DNA of 63,381 nt, counting the filler, from Choristocarpus tenellus KU-1152 (taxonomy: Eukaryota > Protista > Phaeophyceae), in assembly GCA_964200185.2 (NCBI GenBank). It is 10 parts of 10 records of this genome, joined end to end, with 100 filler letters (N's around TTAATTAATTAA, not from the genome) between each part and the next. Parts side by side here need not be neighbours in the genome. Positions count along the whole stretch, not along the records: positions 44,064 to 54,261 come from CAXNAD020003084.1; positions 54,362 to 57,399 come from CAXNAD020022770.1; positions 57,500 to 63,381 come from CAXNAD020009523.1; 7 more parts are not named here. One strand, given 5' to 3'. Positions 50,501 to 63,381 of the stretch are shown piece by piece (the stretch's first letter is position 1; each line of letters opens with the position of its first letter). The translations under genes and the position numbers were made by a program. Below the pieces are notes generated by a model. It did not search any database, was not told the DNA's origin, and was given only the letters and a program-made list of their open reading frames with translations.

Positions 50501-52447
50501 CACCTTCGGCAATATTCCGTTTCGTAATGTAATACTCTCAAAAAGTATATAACTTACCTCTTTTATCAGAGTGTGTGGACACTGTACTAGAGTTTATTGC
50601 AACTTGCTTGTCTTTTATAAATCGGCATGAACGATCACATACATATTTGCTGACTTACACTATAAAATGTTATACTGGGGTTTGTTTTGAAATAAACTGT
50701 TACATGTTGTACAGGTTTAACCAGGCTTACCGTTAATCAAGTCACAAGCAGAACTGTTCCAAACTGAAAATCTCTGATATACAAAATGCGGAGATGTTAG
50801 GGTTTTACTCCACAGGGAAAGTAGTGTGAGCAGAGGTGTCAATGTGTTTTGGGGTCCTCCTCTACCCTCCGCGTCACTCTCCCTCTAGACTTCACATGCT
50901 TCTTCCTGCTCAAGTCCAACTGTTGTTTTACCTCTCCTGACAATCCTCACTCTACCCAACACAACCTCAGAACAACATTGTACATGACAATGGGAAAAAT
51001 GGGATCATGCTCCACCGCTCCTGCAACTTCTCTGTTATAACCAACAACACGGCATTCCGCAATGTTGATTCGGGCCTTGCATTGTATGAGAGCTCTCATG
51101 TCCGAGTCAACGACAACCATTTCTATAGTAACAAACGTAAGTTTTCTATTGTTGGTAATAGGTAATTTGAGGCAGTGGGATCTGTTGATACATGCATCTG
51201 TGTGACATGAAATATGAAATAACCTGTCGTTTTTTCGAAGGTGTTCACATCATAGTTTTCGCATGAGTTGAATTAAAAGGTGTGTAAAGAGGTAACTTGC
51301 CCAAAGTAGATACGTCCCTTGCAAGGATCTGCTGTAAGTAGAATTGTACCAACCTGTAGATATGAACATGCAGTGAATATTAAGACACCAAGCTTTTGTC
51401 TTCTAGTACTCTGCTGAAAATCATAGTCTGTACCTATTATGTTAATGCATGGAAGTTCCTACTCTAAACTTTTTCTTAACATCTTTGTTCATATTATTTC
51501 TTCACCTGCTGCATATTCAAGATGGAATCCGATGGAGCATGGGCTCTTCCTATACCAAGGTGTACAACAACAAGATCTATGTTGATAACGATGAGGATAG
51601 CAGATACGGTCTCTTCATGTGTAAGTCTTGCAAGACCCCCATCAATTAGACGTCTATTTCAATTGTATCAAAAATAAATGCATCAGTGATCATTTGCTTT
51701 TTTTATGATCAATGTTGGTGCTGGGAATTTCAAGGTTTTGACAACAACAAAATAACTTGTTTGAGCTGCATTGTGTAGATATTACTCTGTGGATAATTTT
51801 GAGTGTAGTCACAAATTCAATTGATTTTCTATTAAAGGGTGCGCACAAAATAATTCTTGCATGTGAACCTTTGCGGTACACAGACCGAGGAAATGATGAG
51901 GTTGGAGTACCTGGGACTTCTGGTCGCCCTAGGTCAAACCATATCTACAACAACTACATCAACCCCAAAGATCAGGCGTTCCTGATTTCACATGCTGACT
52001 GGAATGTGTTTGAGGTAAGGAAAAACGGACAAGAATAGGCTAAGTTGATGAGGAGTAAGTAGCTCTTGTGGATTGAAATGGCTCTTGTCTGGTAAAATAC
52101 CAACTTCTCTTTTTACTATATTTAAATTAGACATGATGGAATGAGGAGCATAAATGGGTAGAGGTATTGGTTGACTGTGATCAAACTACAGGGATATGCA
52201 ATTGCACTTTTGATTGATCTGTCTAATGCCCTAATTACCCTGCGCCAGCAAGAAAACCATCTCTCCTTTTTCTCTTCATCTCATTGTCTTACTCCCTCAG
52301 AACAACTCGATTGGAGGGCAGTACGGTGTTTTCAAAGACGCAACCTACACATCTTACATTGGCAACAATGAACGAGCAAGCTTTGAGATCAAAACAGAGC
52401 AAGACGCTTGCTTCACATCCAGGTCTGGGCTTGACCCAGTCTGCTAA
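47593..52447 (+). CDS. Mannuronan C5-epimerase (alginate epimerase, AlgG-like beta-helix), complete, 490 aa. Exons 47593-47952, 48132-48259, 48589-48704, 49710-49801, 50155-50388, 50971-51136, 51522-51620, 51884-52014, 52301-52447
   Basis: Signal-peptide-like N-terminus. Motifs DGRSYISA, GEARMDIIDSEIAYLGWYNSESYG, the catalytic YGFDPHDDSD, HGIIASKRC, GIMLHRSC and DSGLALYES. All phases are consistent (1473 nt including the stop). Confidence 0.96.
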
Positions 52448-54361
52448 ACAAAATCACTTTGTTTTCTAGGAAAATTTATGTCTTTAATTTTCTGCCAGGG
52501 CACATTTGCGAATGTGTTTACCTCCTTTGTTTTTTTTAACATACTTTCGAACCCTTGATTTGTCAAGAAATTGCTTTGAAAAGGGTTTGATCCAGTCTCC
52601 TGTTGATAATCAGTAAGACTTCAGTGGAAATATGTGTTGGTTATGCTGTGTTTTTTCTTTATAGTACCATTGACGTATTTGGTTGTCAAGGGTTTGATGA
52701 TTATTTCCCTTCTGGTGTTTTTACAGCGATTTTCAAGTGCTGATTGAGGTGAGCAAAACTCCAGTACACCACCAGTATGTTCTTTTAAAAAAAGTGTTTG
52801 TTTCACTCACGTTGTGCTATCACAAGTATTTGTTGTGAGTACGTAAACAAAATTTGACGACCAATTTCTCTCAGAAAGCAAATGTGCATGGAGAGGCTAT
52901 TGTCAGGAAGTCAGAGGTGGTTGTTGTAACATGCGAACCCTGCACCCTTTTATATTTATGATATAAAAGAGATGCTTGGTAATGCTCACTTTTGATTTTG
53001 ATTTTGATTTGTAGCTTCAACAGGAACAATGTTCCATTTCCACTCTTTTGTGTTACTCTAGAGAAGTAGAGTCATCATCAGAAAACCGTTTTTTCCCTTG
53101 CACTTGTATATTGTAGCCTTGTGTTGATGTGTATCCAAGATGTTTGAATAGCTGAAATAATCTGATCTTCTCTTCACAGTGTGAGTGACTAGGTCAATTA
53201 AGCTGTTCTTGAATATTTGCTTGAGTGCGTGTGGAAGGAACGATTGAGATTGTCTGCATATTTCATTCACCACTCAAAGCTACGACAACTGAGAGAGAGT
53301 ACCGCTCCAATTTCTGTGAGATATTCTCTCTTATATTGTGGCTAACATTGCCTCCAAAACCGCAATACCCATGTAATACTATCCACTTCCTTCAAGCTTT
53401 CATTTAGCATAGTGGGCGATTGCCAGTAGAGCTAGTCAATTTTACCCATTAGGCAGTTGAAGTAAAATCCATTCAAACATTGGGCTTATATACAAAACAT
53501 TGTTGGCAGAAACTCAAAGGAGTGATCGAAATTCACTTCCTAACAGAACCACAAAACCATGACCTTAATTCGTGTATCACACAACACCAAGCAAACAGGA
53601 ACATTTCAGTGCTCTTTCACATCCTGTGTGCATTTCTGACGATTTGAAAAGAAATTGTTTCAAAAGCATTATTATGAAGTCTGTGTCAAGTGCGATGCAT
53701 TATTCTTTAGTGGCACATTGGTTATTTTTCACTTGCAAAAGAAGCAATAGTTGAGCAGAGCGGATACCGAGTGTGGAAAGACAAACAACAAAAGAGAAAA
53801 AAATGAAAATATCATCAAACACCTGAAATTAACGATTCGATTCTTCTTGACTGCTTACGTATAAGTCACAATATAAAACTTCCCTCTGCCCAGGCTTGTA
53901 GCATTGAGCAGAGAACACTTCTGCTAGCCATACGACTCTGAATCTCCCAAACTTTTATCTAGTCTTTGATTAAGTCACTTTACTTCTCAGCGGTGTAACA
54001 TGAAGCTAAAATCCATGTAAACTCAAGTGTAAATTGATTATATTGTGAATGGTGAGATGATAGTGCTGGATCGGAGGACTTCACTGTATTCAACTCATTG
54101 ATGCAAGTCTCTCTTTTGGTTCGTTCAAACCTCTGCACCGGTCACATCAGGCGTCATCGTGTGAGCTTCATGACCTGTTGAAGCCTCGCATTGCACGAGG
54201 TCGGGATCTGAACCACACGTCGACATTGAGTGTTGATTTAGAATACATTTTTTTGGGGGGGNNNNNNNNNNNNNNNNNNNNNNNNNNNNNNNNNNNNNNN
54301 NNNNNTTAATTAATTAANNNNNNNNNNNNNNNNNNNNNNNNNNNNNNNNNNNNNNNNNNNN

Positions 54362-56724
54362 CCCCCCTCCTCCTGTTTGTCCTCTCCCTCTCGACTGCTT
54401 GTCCTACCTCTTGGTCTTGTTGCTGCCCTTGCCCCCGTAACCCCAAATGCCCCCATCTTTGCTGCTGTTGTTCCTCCCACTCCATATTGCTATCTAAATG
54501 CACATGTGAGCCGGTTGCGGCTGCTACACCCGTGGCAAGGGGGTGGGTCAATGCACCTGATGATGAGGTGGTGGCACTGGTCCTGTGCATTTATTTCAGG
54601 AACAAACATGCGTGGACGGTCAGCTAATGTGAGGTAAAAGAACGGAGGATGGGAAAGGAGACAGTGATTCTTGTTCGCCCCTCTTCCATTAAAAAAAACA
54701 GTGCTCAGGCATGAAACGCAGGGAGCAATGCTACAGAGACACGCCTGCCAGGAGTTCCAACTACAGAAATACATGTTTCAACACAGGATAGGTTCAAATA
54801 ACTTGAAAACCCTGCAGATGCAAGGTCAAGATGAGAGGAAATATTAACATAACAGATTTTATGGCATTTGCAATAATAGCCCCTTCTCCACAGAAAGTTA
54901 CAACCTCTTTTGCTCCAGGGTGTATCTGGGAGCAGGGTTTAGTTTGTCAGTTGATGCCTTCTCTTGTTCAAGAAATATTCATCAAGGTTTGGAATTCTAA
55001 CACACAAACTAGATTCGACAATTAATACAACATTTCGGGGGTGGTGCCAGGCCGAAGCATGACAAACAGATAAAAAGATAATGTTGTACACAAACAACTG
55101 TGGAGGACAGCATTTTATTTTGCCTCTATTGTAAGGGTCTGAATTTCTAACAACAGGTTACGTGCTTGAATTCATGCTTCACATGTGTCAACACCCTAAT
55201 TACATACTTTGTATGAGAGTGTTGTTTCATCAAAAACAAGAAAAAGTATTCTTACCTATCTCCATCCCCCAGTCCCAAATATTTCAATGCGATGGAATCG
55301 AACTCTTTATCGACATATCACAACAAACCAAGATCCAAGCTATCTCCATTGTTTCTACTCCATCTTTTTTTCCATACAAAGAAAGATTCCCATCTGTTCC
55401 TCCACCCCAACTTGAGTATTTCAGCCAAATCACCTTGTGCTCAGGTGTTGAACAGAGTCCCTATGACCCTCAGTAAGACGCCGTAATTGTCCCAGGTATG
55501 CCCAGTCTGTTGCAACCATTGGACCCTCCCTGCTCTCACCCCCACCCTCCCCCACAGGTCCACCACCACCACGGAGGTGAGGGGGTGTAAGCCGGAAGCC
55601 AACATTCATGTGCAAGTTCACATTCATGTTCAAGTTGAAGTTTGCCAGGTGAGAGTGTCTCTCTTCCATGGCTGCAGAATGCATCTCACCTTAAAGGTGC
55701 AAAGGCAGGGTTGGGAAGGAACATACTCTAGATATAAATACACAGGGTTTAGAATCGACAAGGAGGTGAGATTAATTTTGACAAAAAGAGGGTGTGAGCG
55801 GAGCCTTTACAAGCAAGAAATATGCCATGTGCTTTATGACGGTGGGGACAATGAATTGTTGTTAGGGAGTTAAAAGCAAGTACTTGATCAACACAAGTAC
55901 ATATTTCATCGACAGGATCATCAAAGTGATAGGATTGAGGTGAAACTATTTGTTCTTGTCCACTGCAAGGGATATCATACATCTAGGTTCATATTGCTAC
56001 ATTTCTTGCATCAGGAGATTATTTATTATTTATTGTACCTCAGTTAAGACAAAATAAATATTGCATTATCATTTAGACATTTCACTGACAAAGAGGCTCG
56101 TAGTATACTAGAGGGAAGGGTGTGTGTGTTTAGACCAAGTTGTCTATTAGGGGCTTGAGGTTTGTAAGATATCCCAGTTTGATGCCTGTTTTGAGGATCA
56201 GGGTTGGTCTAAGCAGTGGGGTGGGAAAGGAAGGTACATTCAGATGAAAGAAATTCACTCGTATGGCATGAACTCACTACAGGGTTAGACAGGTCCTGAA
56301 TGGACGCCTGACTCCTCTAGGAAACAATTAGACTAGAAGCACCGCAAGCTAGAGGTCGCAACTAGTGGGGATGGCTTTGTTTCCCCAAATTAGGTGAACA
56401 TATACACATACATTTGACTACACTACAATAGTGCACCTTACATAGTATCATAAACTGTTCAACACTCTCATTTTAAAAGTACAAGAGTGCCAGAAACTTG
56501 AGGATCAGTATGCCTAACACTTCTAAAATCTAGATTTCACCGCTGCCTTCTCCCCAAGTCCCTCACCTGTGTGGTCCAGTGGTGGGCAGTAGTTCATAGT
56601 TTTAAGAAGCTCCACCAATCTGGGAAGTACATCAGGGGCAGAAAGCACCATAGCCTGGTTCTTGTCAATCACAGACTCTGCTCGAGCTACCCGGTCCCTT
56701 CGCAGTTGCAGAAGCTCCATTGAC
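54362..56724 (-). CDS. TRPC4AP (TRUSS)-like protein, partial. Exons ~56724-56566, ~55690-55433, ~54596-54362
   Basis: SMELLQLRRDRVARAESVIDKNQAMVLSAPDVLPRLVELLKTMNY resembles the TRPC4AP segment NQAALLSIPGFVERL, recalled from memory. Downstream exons are low complexity. Confidence 0.45.
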
Positions 56725-58019
56725 CTACAAGCCCCCCCCCNNNNNNNNNNAAGCCCCCCCCCCCATAGCAACCAAAGAGCGAAAAAGAGAATAAGTAAGC
56801 TATCAACAGATGAAGAAAATCTCGAGTGCAGACAAGAGTGTGTATGCCTTGGATGAGAATGTTAGCTTCTCCTTGAGAAAGCTCTTGACCACTGCTTACA
56901 CCTAGTTGAATGAAGAACAGGGATCCCATCCATGTCCTGGTGTCCACTTCTATCACTGTTGAGCCCCTCTCCTTCTAAGCACACTCTATTTCTCATCACT
57001 CTGAAACAAATGGCTTCATACATAAACCAAGATGACATACCCCCTCTGGTGGTAGTCGTGCAAGGCGTTGGGGTCCACCTTCCTTATCACAATCACCTCG
57101 GGCAACCTAAGCCAATGCCAAATCACCCTAAAACCCCTGCTTTTGACTGCAAATGTAACTCATTGTTCCATACCCTGCCCCCAGTCCCCCCTACACTATT
57201 ATCGTTATTTGCATCAGTCTCAAGGGTACACCAAAATATCATGCGAACAACATATGCACCTCAACACTTCAATGAGGAAGCTGCAAAAGTACTGGCAGTT
57301 TGAAATGACTTGAGTTTTCAATTTCTGCTGGGGAGGCTGCAACCAAATACCCCCCCCCCCCCACCCCTCCCCCCCACCTTAACACATGTGTGGTCTCCAN
57401 NNNNNNNNNNNNNNNNNNNNNNNNNNNNNNNNNNNNNNNNNNNTTAATTAATTAANNNNNNNNNNNNNNNNNNNNNNNNNNNNNNNNNNNNNNNNNNNNT
57501 CTGTGAATTGGATTTGACTTGTACATCCTGGAAAGGTGAGCATTGAGGGGCGCCTGTAACAGTACATATTGAATAGGTGTTTGATTCTGTACGATATTAG
57601 AGGTGGAATGGGAGATGCGGGGTGAAAAACATACTGCTTTTTGTAGATGGAAATGATTCATTTCAGACATTTGAACCCAACAAGAGATCAGACTTCCTTT
57701 CACGGAAATCGGTGGTGTTCCGTGTGTCTTCCAATTAAATACACTAGATTTACATACAATTGCATGATCATTAGTTTTTATTGGAAACGTCTGAGGAAAT
57801 TTGTGTATAGTTATTTTCCTCTTAGCCTTCGACACCCCTCACTCCATACCGCGCCTCCACCATCACACCACCACCCATATTACCATACCAACTACGAGGA
57901 CAAACTCGGTGTATTCAATCGCCAACCAATGCGTCCAATTTCTACAAATCTACTCTCACACTAATCCTCCAAAACGCCCTACGTCCGTACATGAAACCAT
58001 ATTCCTCCACACTACACAT

Positions 58020-58098
58020 CCATCTAAGAACACCCCACAATAATCGAGAACACTCCACTCCATCTAAGAACACCCCGCAATAATCGAAAACACTCCAC
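58020..58098. repeat. ~40-bp tandem duplication inside the dispersed repeat 57980-58225
   Basis: CCATCTAAGAACACCCCRCAATAATCGARAACACTCCAC x2. Confidence 0.9.
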
Positions 58099-60239
58099 CC
58101 TCATCCACTCCCTTACCACCATGCCTTCAAACTAGAAGACATCTCTACCCGTTTCAGGTTGACCTACTCCTCCTCAACATCCCACTCAATCGTGACCAAT
58201 GAAGAGATTGGGCGAGTAGGAAAGAGGCAGTACATTCTCTCGTTGTAGAGTAATAGTTGGATACAACACGGGGTATAGGCACATGGTGCCTCTTCACCAT
58301 GATAGCCTGGATAGTCTCCAAACTGTATGGTGCAGAAAAATATAAAGTAATACATACCTGGAAGTATATGTTTCACAATGTTTTGGAGCACCATTAAACT
58401 ATGGATAGAGAACTAATATACACAAATAAATCACTCAGTGCCTCCAACGCATAGGTTGAGATAGCGAACAGTGTTGTCCCTATTTGAAATACTGCTTTTC
58501 ATATTAGAAGGCGTGGTCAAAAGGTAATTGGAGAGAAAACACTAACTCGATACCTAAGAAACAAAAAAATACTCCAAACAAGTCTACATAAAAATGAAGA
58601 GAAGGACTATGTATGCAGCTAAGAAGGAGAGCCAAGGAACCAAGACACTCTACGCTAGCACCCAATAGTCGGGCTAGGATGTCAATAACTTCATAAAGAG
58701 CTCCATTCAATGTTTGGCTGTAGTCTACCAGATTAACAACAAGATAGTATATTTGGACTGATTGATATTTCATTGGTATTGAAATTCGACTCTACTCTTT
58801 GATAGTTGTATCATTGAATAATTAACATCAAGACAGTGTTGTGAGAGACTGATATTCTTGCATGGCAATCTTTACCCTTGGCAAATATTAATTATGGGAA
58901 CAAATGTTCGAGTATACAAGCAAAGAAAAATACACCCCAACACCTCAACTCTCTGTTCAACAGCTATGTATTCCTCCAGGAACTGTGTTCATGTCTAGCT
59001 AAAGGGAAGGGTTTGTGAGGATTCTATCTCCTGCCCTTTTCAACTTTTATCCTCATGTCTTCAATACGTAAATAGCAGTCCGAGTGAATTTGCACAGCAG
59101 GCACAAAACACCTCAGTGGAAGCATGTGACCATGTTTTTGTCAGCAGAACAACATGGAGACAGCTTGCTTCACCAGCATCCTGTTAAATACTCCCACCAG
59201 TGAGAAGTTTCACGCCACAATGAATGCCACAGTGGCATAGGAGGCGAACACAGCGGAAGATCACCAAAGTTTCGCCTTCCTTCGTCACTCGGATGGTCCC
59301 TTTGTCGACAGTTTGATGACCAATAAGAGTACTATCCAACCCTAGTGGTAACATGCCATACACACGCTAATTGACGCTAATTTTGAAGATCATTTACTCC
59401 AGTACTTGTGTGTGTCATCCGTTTTCTCGCCACTTGTAACCTGTTATTTGATTGTTTGGGGCTTGCGAGTTATATCAACCTATGGACTGGTTAAATTCCA
59501 GATGAGCCATCTGCTGCCTCCAGCATACCACCACTATCCAAGACAAAAATCGGCTCAGATTTATTAGCTAAATCCGTGCCTTCGTCGCACAGCCAAAAAT
59601 GTCATCAATTCAAACAAATGTTAGCATAAAGTCACCTGTCTGAACGATTCGCGACCTTCGTTGAGGTATTAACGTAGGATATATGCTTCATCTTGGCGAC
59701 ATGAACAAACATCCCCTTCCACTTTCACGGCCCCTATTAATTTTGAATAGCATCTGCCTGATTCTTGCTAACAAGCTCATCCTGCTGATTGCTTGATCCA
59801 AGCCCTCAAGCAATACTTGTGCGTTGCACGACATCACCTCGCTCCTATGGACATACTCCACGACCTGTTTGCTATCCTGTTACTCAGCCCCAAATAAGTT
59901 ACCCACTCGGTGACATGTTGCGGATGTCGATAGTGTTGGGCAAGATGATTTTCACACTAGCAACAGCTCATCCCCGTGCCTTGTTAAACAACCTTCAGTA
60001 CCTGTAAATAATGAGGTCAGGACACAAGTCACAACGTTTTTGTACTTCACTATCCACTATCCACTATCCACTATCCACCATGCACTCTTCATAATCGATT
60101 ACAATTAGGAAGTAGTAATGTGTTTTTATTATTTTCTATTTTTAAAAACTTGCCTTCATTGATGAACTATCCATTGTATCTCTAATGTGCAGTTGGTATA
60201 GAATACAGAGAAGCGTAGAGGTGAAGGACTAGCATCAAC

Positions 60240-62899
60240 ATGGAGAATAAGGGGATGGTCACCGATCGTTACACTCATCTTCGAAACACCATGGTAAGCT
60301 GAGAATCAAATCATCCGTGTGCAGTGCACCCAGTCAGCACTTCCTCGCGTTTCCTCAGTCATCCCCCAACCCCCTTTCAATGCGTCTTGCATCTCTGAAC
60401 CTTGATGGTGCGATCACGGGAAGGGCGAAGACCTTTTCGGGAAGGTTCAAAAAGCCAAAGTTTTGGTAGTTGGTGCGGGTGGCATCGGTGAGTGAATTGT
60501 CGCTCTCAACTTGTGCTTGTTTCCCTGTTTCGTCTGCGAAAATCTGGTTGAATTTGTATTTGTGTTGTATCTCACATACTTGTAGACCTCCCACTAATTT
60601 GCATGGAACCTATTGAGAAAGTTTCACCCTTCCAATCCTGGACTCTGGGAAAATTGCACAAGTGACAGCCCTTCCAATCCCTTGCATGCAATATGTCCCA
60701 AAGGTTGTGAGTTGCTGAAGAATCTGGTGTTGTCAGGTTTCCAGGACATTGAGGTAGTTGACCTGGACACCATTGATCAGTCTAACCTCAACCGGCAGTT
60801 CCTGTTCCGACCCCACCACGTGAATCAGAGTAAGGTATGTACGCACCTGGCCCTTCCCCTGCCAACCTATCTGGACCCTAAACCATGCCCCCCTAGGCAA
60901 GGAGCTTCATCTCATAACCATCCATCAAACATCTCTGGTGCCCTCCTGACGCTGTTATGCACTGAACGTGTATAAATTGAGATGCCGAGGTGACCTTTAG
61001 CGGAGTTGAGCATTTCCGCCTTACTGTGTGCCCCTTCAGATGGTAGTGAGGACTTTCCCAACTATTCTGTGTGGTACCACTCGGTATCTCAACATTTGTT
61101 GTCACGTCTGGGTGAATTTAACTCCAGTACCTTGCTGAGCACATTCCAAAACGTGATGAATGATGTCATTAAGGGTTCAGAGCATATGCAAGGAATGGGC
61201 TTAAGGTCAGCGTGGGTAGAGGGCACACTTCCTGGCAATATGCCGAAGTCATATTTTTGTAACCTGTGAGGCAAAGCTGATTATACGAGGCCAACAAGCA
61301 CTGGAGGAATAAGGAATAATGCCATGCATATAATGCAATTCACTTGAGCCCTCCTTCTCAGCCCCCACTCACCCCCACATCCCATGACATGGGTGTTTTA
61401 TGTTTGTTTGCATTTGCTTTCATATGACTTGGAAGGCATTGATGGCAAGGGAGGCAGTGCTCAAGTTCAACCCCATGGCAAATGTGGTGGCCCACCATGG
61501 CAACGTGAAAGAATCACGCTTCGGCCTGCTGTTCATTAAGAAATTTGACATGGTACTCAACGCCCTGGACAATGTTGCTGCCCGACGGTAAGCTAGGGGA
61601 AAGGTTTGAAGGTTTGGGTGAGTTGAATCAATTGAGAGGGTAGAGTTGAGTTTTTCGGGATATGTATGAGGGTGGGTAAGGCCCTGGAGCACCTTGAGTG
61701 TGTCTCTGGAGTAGTTTTGAGTGAATCTTGAATGATAAGGGATGTGGTCATTTGTACTTAACATGTTTGTGTACATTTTTGCTGAGTTGGAGGAATAGGT
61801 GTCACTATATAGTTTATGTGGATGTATGGTCCTATTGTCAGACCTCTCACATATTGATGCAATTGTGATGCTAGCATTGGACTACCACAGCCCGGGCTAT
61901 CTGTGTGAGGGTTGCATAGGGATGCAATGATGCCTTTATCACTAGCTGTCCACTTTTTTTTGCTTCATTAGGGTAAGGGTGTGACTAAGTTAGTGCTTAA
62001 GTCTTCTGCGTGCATTTTTTTTTCTGAGCTGTAGTGCATTTTACGGAAAGTTCTTTCTGGTAGATTACTACTATTTGGCATATTGGAGAAAGTTGAGAAA
62101 GCCGACCATTAAGTAGTAATATCCCTCATACACAAGCAGTACACTAAAATTGATTGCTATATCCTCTACTCCCTGACAAATCAGCATAAGATATATCAAT
62201 AATCTAATTCCGTTTTGAAATGGCCTTGTGCAGTACTACAATATATTTCGTATCAAAAGTCATCATCCCTGGTCCATTTGCTGAGTTACTTTTTCACTAT
62301 CGTTGAGGAGAACTATTTTCACTTTTTGATGGAAAACAGTTCCTTCTTGCAGCCTGTACCTTGGACAATGTCTCTACACACACAAGAATTGAACTACCTC
62401 TTTTTTGTGCTTGTTCACCCCCTTTGAATCAAACAAATGAAGGCAGCAGGACTTATCGCCGCAAAGTTGGACTCAACATACATACTATTTCATCCTCGCC
62501 CTCTGTGCATCGAGCATACCAAGCATAAAAAGCATATAAACCCACCAGTTCACCCAACCAAGTTGATGAGTTTTATAGCAGGCCATCTGTGCTGGCCCAC
62601 CTAGGGGTGAGTGTGGCTATTTTGCATGCCCTTGAGATTGAAACTGATCTCCTTGGATCCAAGCCATGACCAAATACTTTGAGGTACCATAGAGGTCCTT
62701 GCAGAGTATTAACCAGTCACACCACCGGCTCATATAGGCATGTGAACCGCCTGTGTCTCGCGGAGAGTAAGCCTTTGATTGAGAGTGGAACCACGGGATA
62801 CTTGGGGCAGGTCCATGTGATCAGTAAGGGGGAGACAGAGTGCTATGACTGCAAGGAGAAGCATACGCCCAAACAACACCCTATCTGCACCATTCGAAG
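60240..62899 (+). CDS. UBA2: SUMO-activating enzyme subunit 2, 5' part. Exons 60240-60293, 60424-60487, 60704-60834, 61436-61587, 62738-62899; continues beyond the window
   Basis: [49 protein letters not shown]; [18 protein letters not shown]...[14 protein letters not shown]...GETECYDC...PICTIR (catalytic Cys). Phases are consistent. Confidence 0.95.
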
Positions 62900-63381
62900 G
62901 TAGTGATACCAAAAGGTTTGGGGGATCGGGGTCAGGGTCGGGTGGGGGTGGGGGTGGGGGTGGGGCGGAGATTTCATATGGATGACATTATTTTCAAGTG
63001 AAATTTGAGTTTAGACCATTTTCTTTGGTGCAACACATGTGCCTAGTTTCATTTTTGTTCTGGTGTTGGGACCTCCATTCCAATGCTTAACAAATACATA
63101 TATACACATGTTGGGAGAGACATCTAGCTATATGCAGTACTACGTAACTATCTTCTTTCAGAGAGCTCCACCTGAATTATGATGACCCTCAACCAAGACT
63201 GAGTTTTAACGTTGTTTCTGTTTCCTACCCCTGTACCCTTTGCCCACACATTGAAGTACTCCTTCAAAACCGGTTCACTGTATCGTGTGGGCCAAAGAGC
63301 TGTTTTGCCTCATGTTCGGTAAAGCAGAGGAATCAATGCTTTTTGAAGAGACGGAGGGGGGGGGGATACAGTGACAGACCG

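Noticed and set aside
3476-57499. Regularly recurring TTAATTAATTAA motif as a biological repeat, or gene clustering across it
   Set aside because: It is always embedded in N runs and is an artificial six-frame-stop linker, so neighbouring contigs are not known to be linked.

Overview
Eukaryotic genomic DNA, intron-rich and repeat-rich. It is almost certainly from a brown alga (Phaeophyceae), because it carries a complete mannuronan C5-epimerase gene and TTAGGG-type repeats. The window is ten separate contigs joined by artificial N-TTAATTAATTAA-N stop linkers, so adjacency across linkers is not biological. Genes reconstructed by hand from splice sites and exon phases: a complete 9-exon mannuronan C5-epimerase (47593-52447, +); the first 5 exons of UBA2/SAE2 (60240-62899, +); two exons of an MFS sugar porter; a PH-domain protein with a GC-AG intron; a roughly 1100-aa acidic disordered protein with a PAM2-like motif and a C-terminal CaaX box (-); a TRPC4AP-like fragment; and a degenerate SET-like gene. 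Mobile DNA includes a spliced DUF7869/Sola-like transposase pseudogene, a decayed Ty1/copia element and a plant-type (DD39D) mariner pseudogene. The most striking feature is at least 15 full or partial copies of three or four MITE subfamilies. They share G-RNY-CAAAGTATCT...AGATACTTTG-RNY-C termini and mostly make 3-bp N-W-N target duplications, and one insertion is confirmed by an empty-site paralogue in the window. Also present are diverged tandem arrays (about 127, 151 and 73 bp), telomere-tailed repeat units inside an intron, and an unusually high use of AAG splice acceptors. No database searches were run; family names come from motif recognition.
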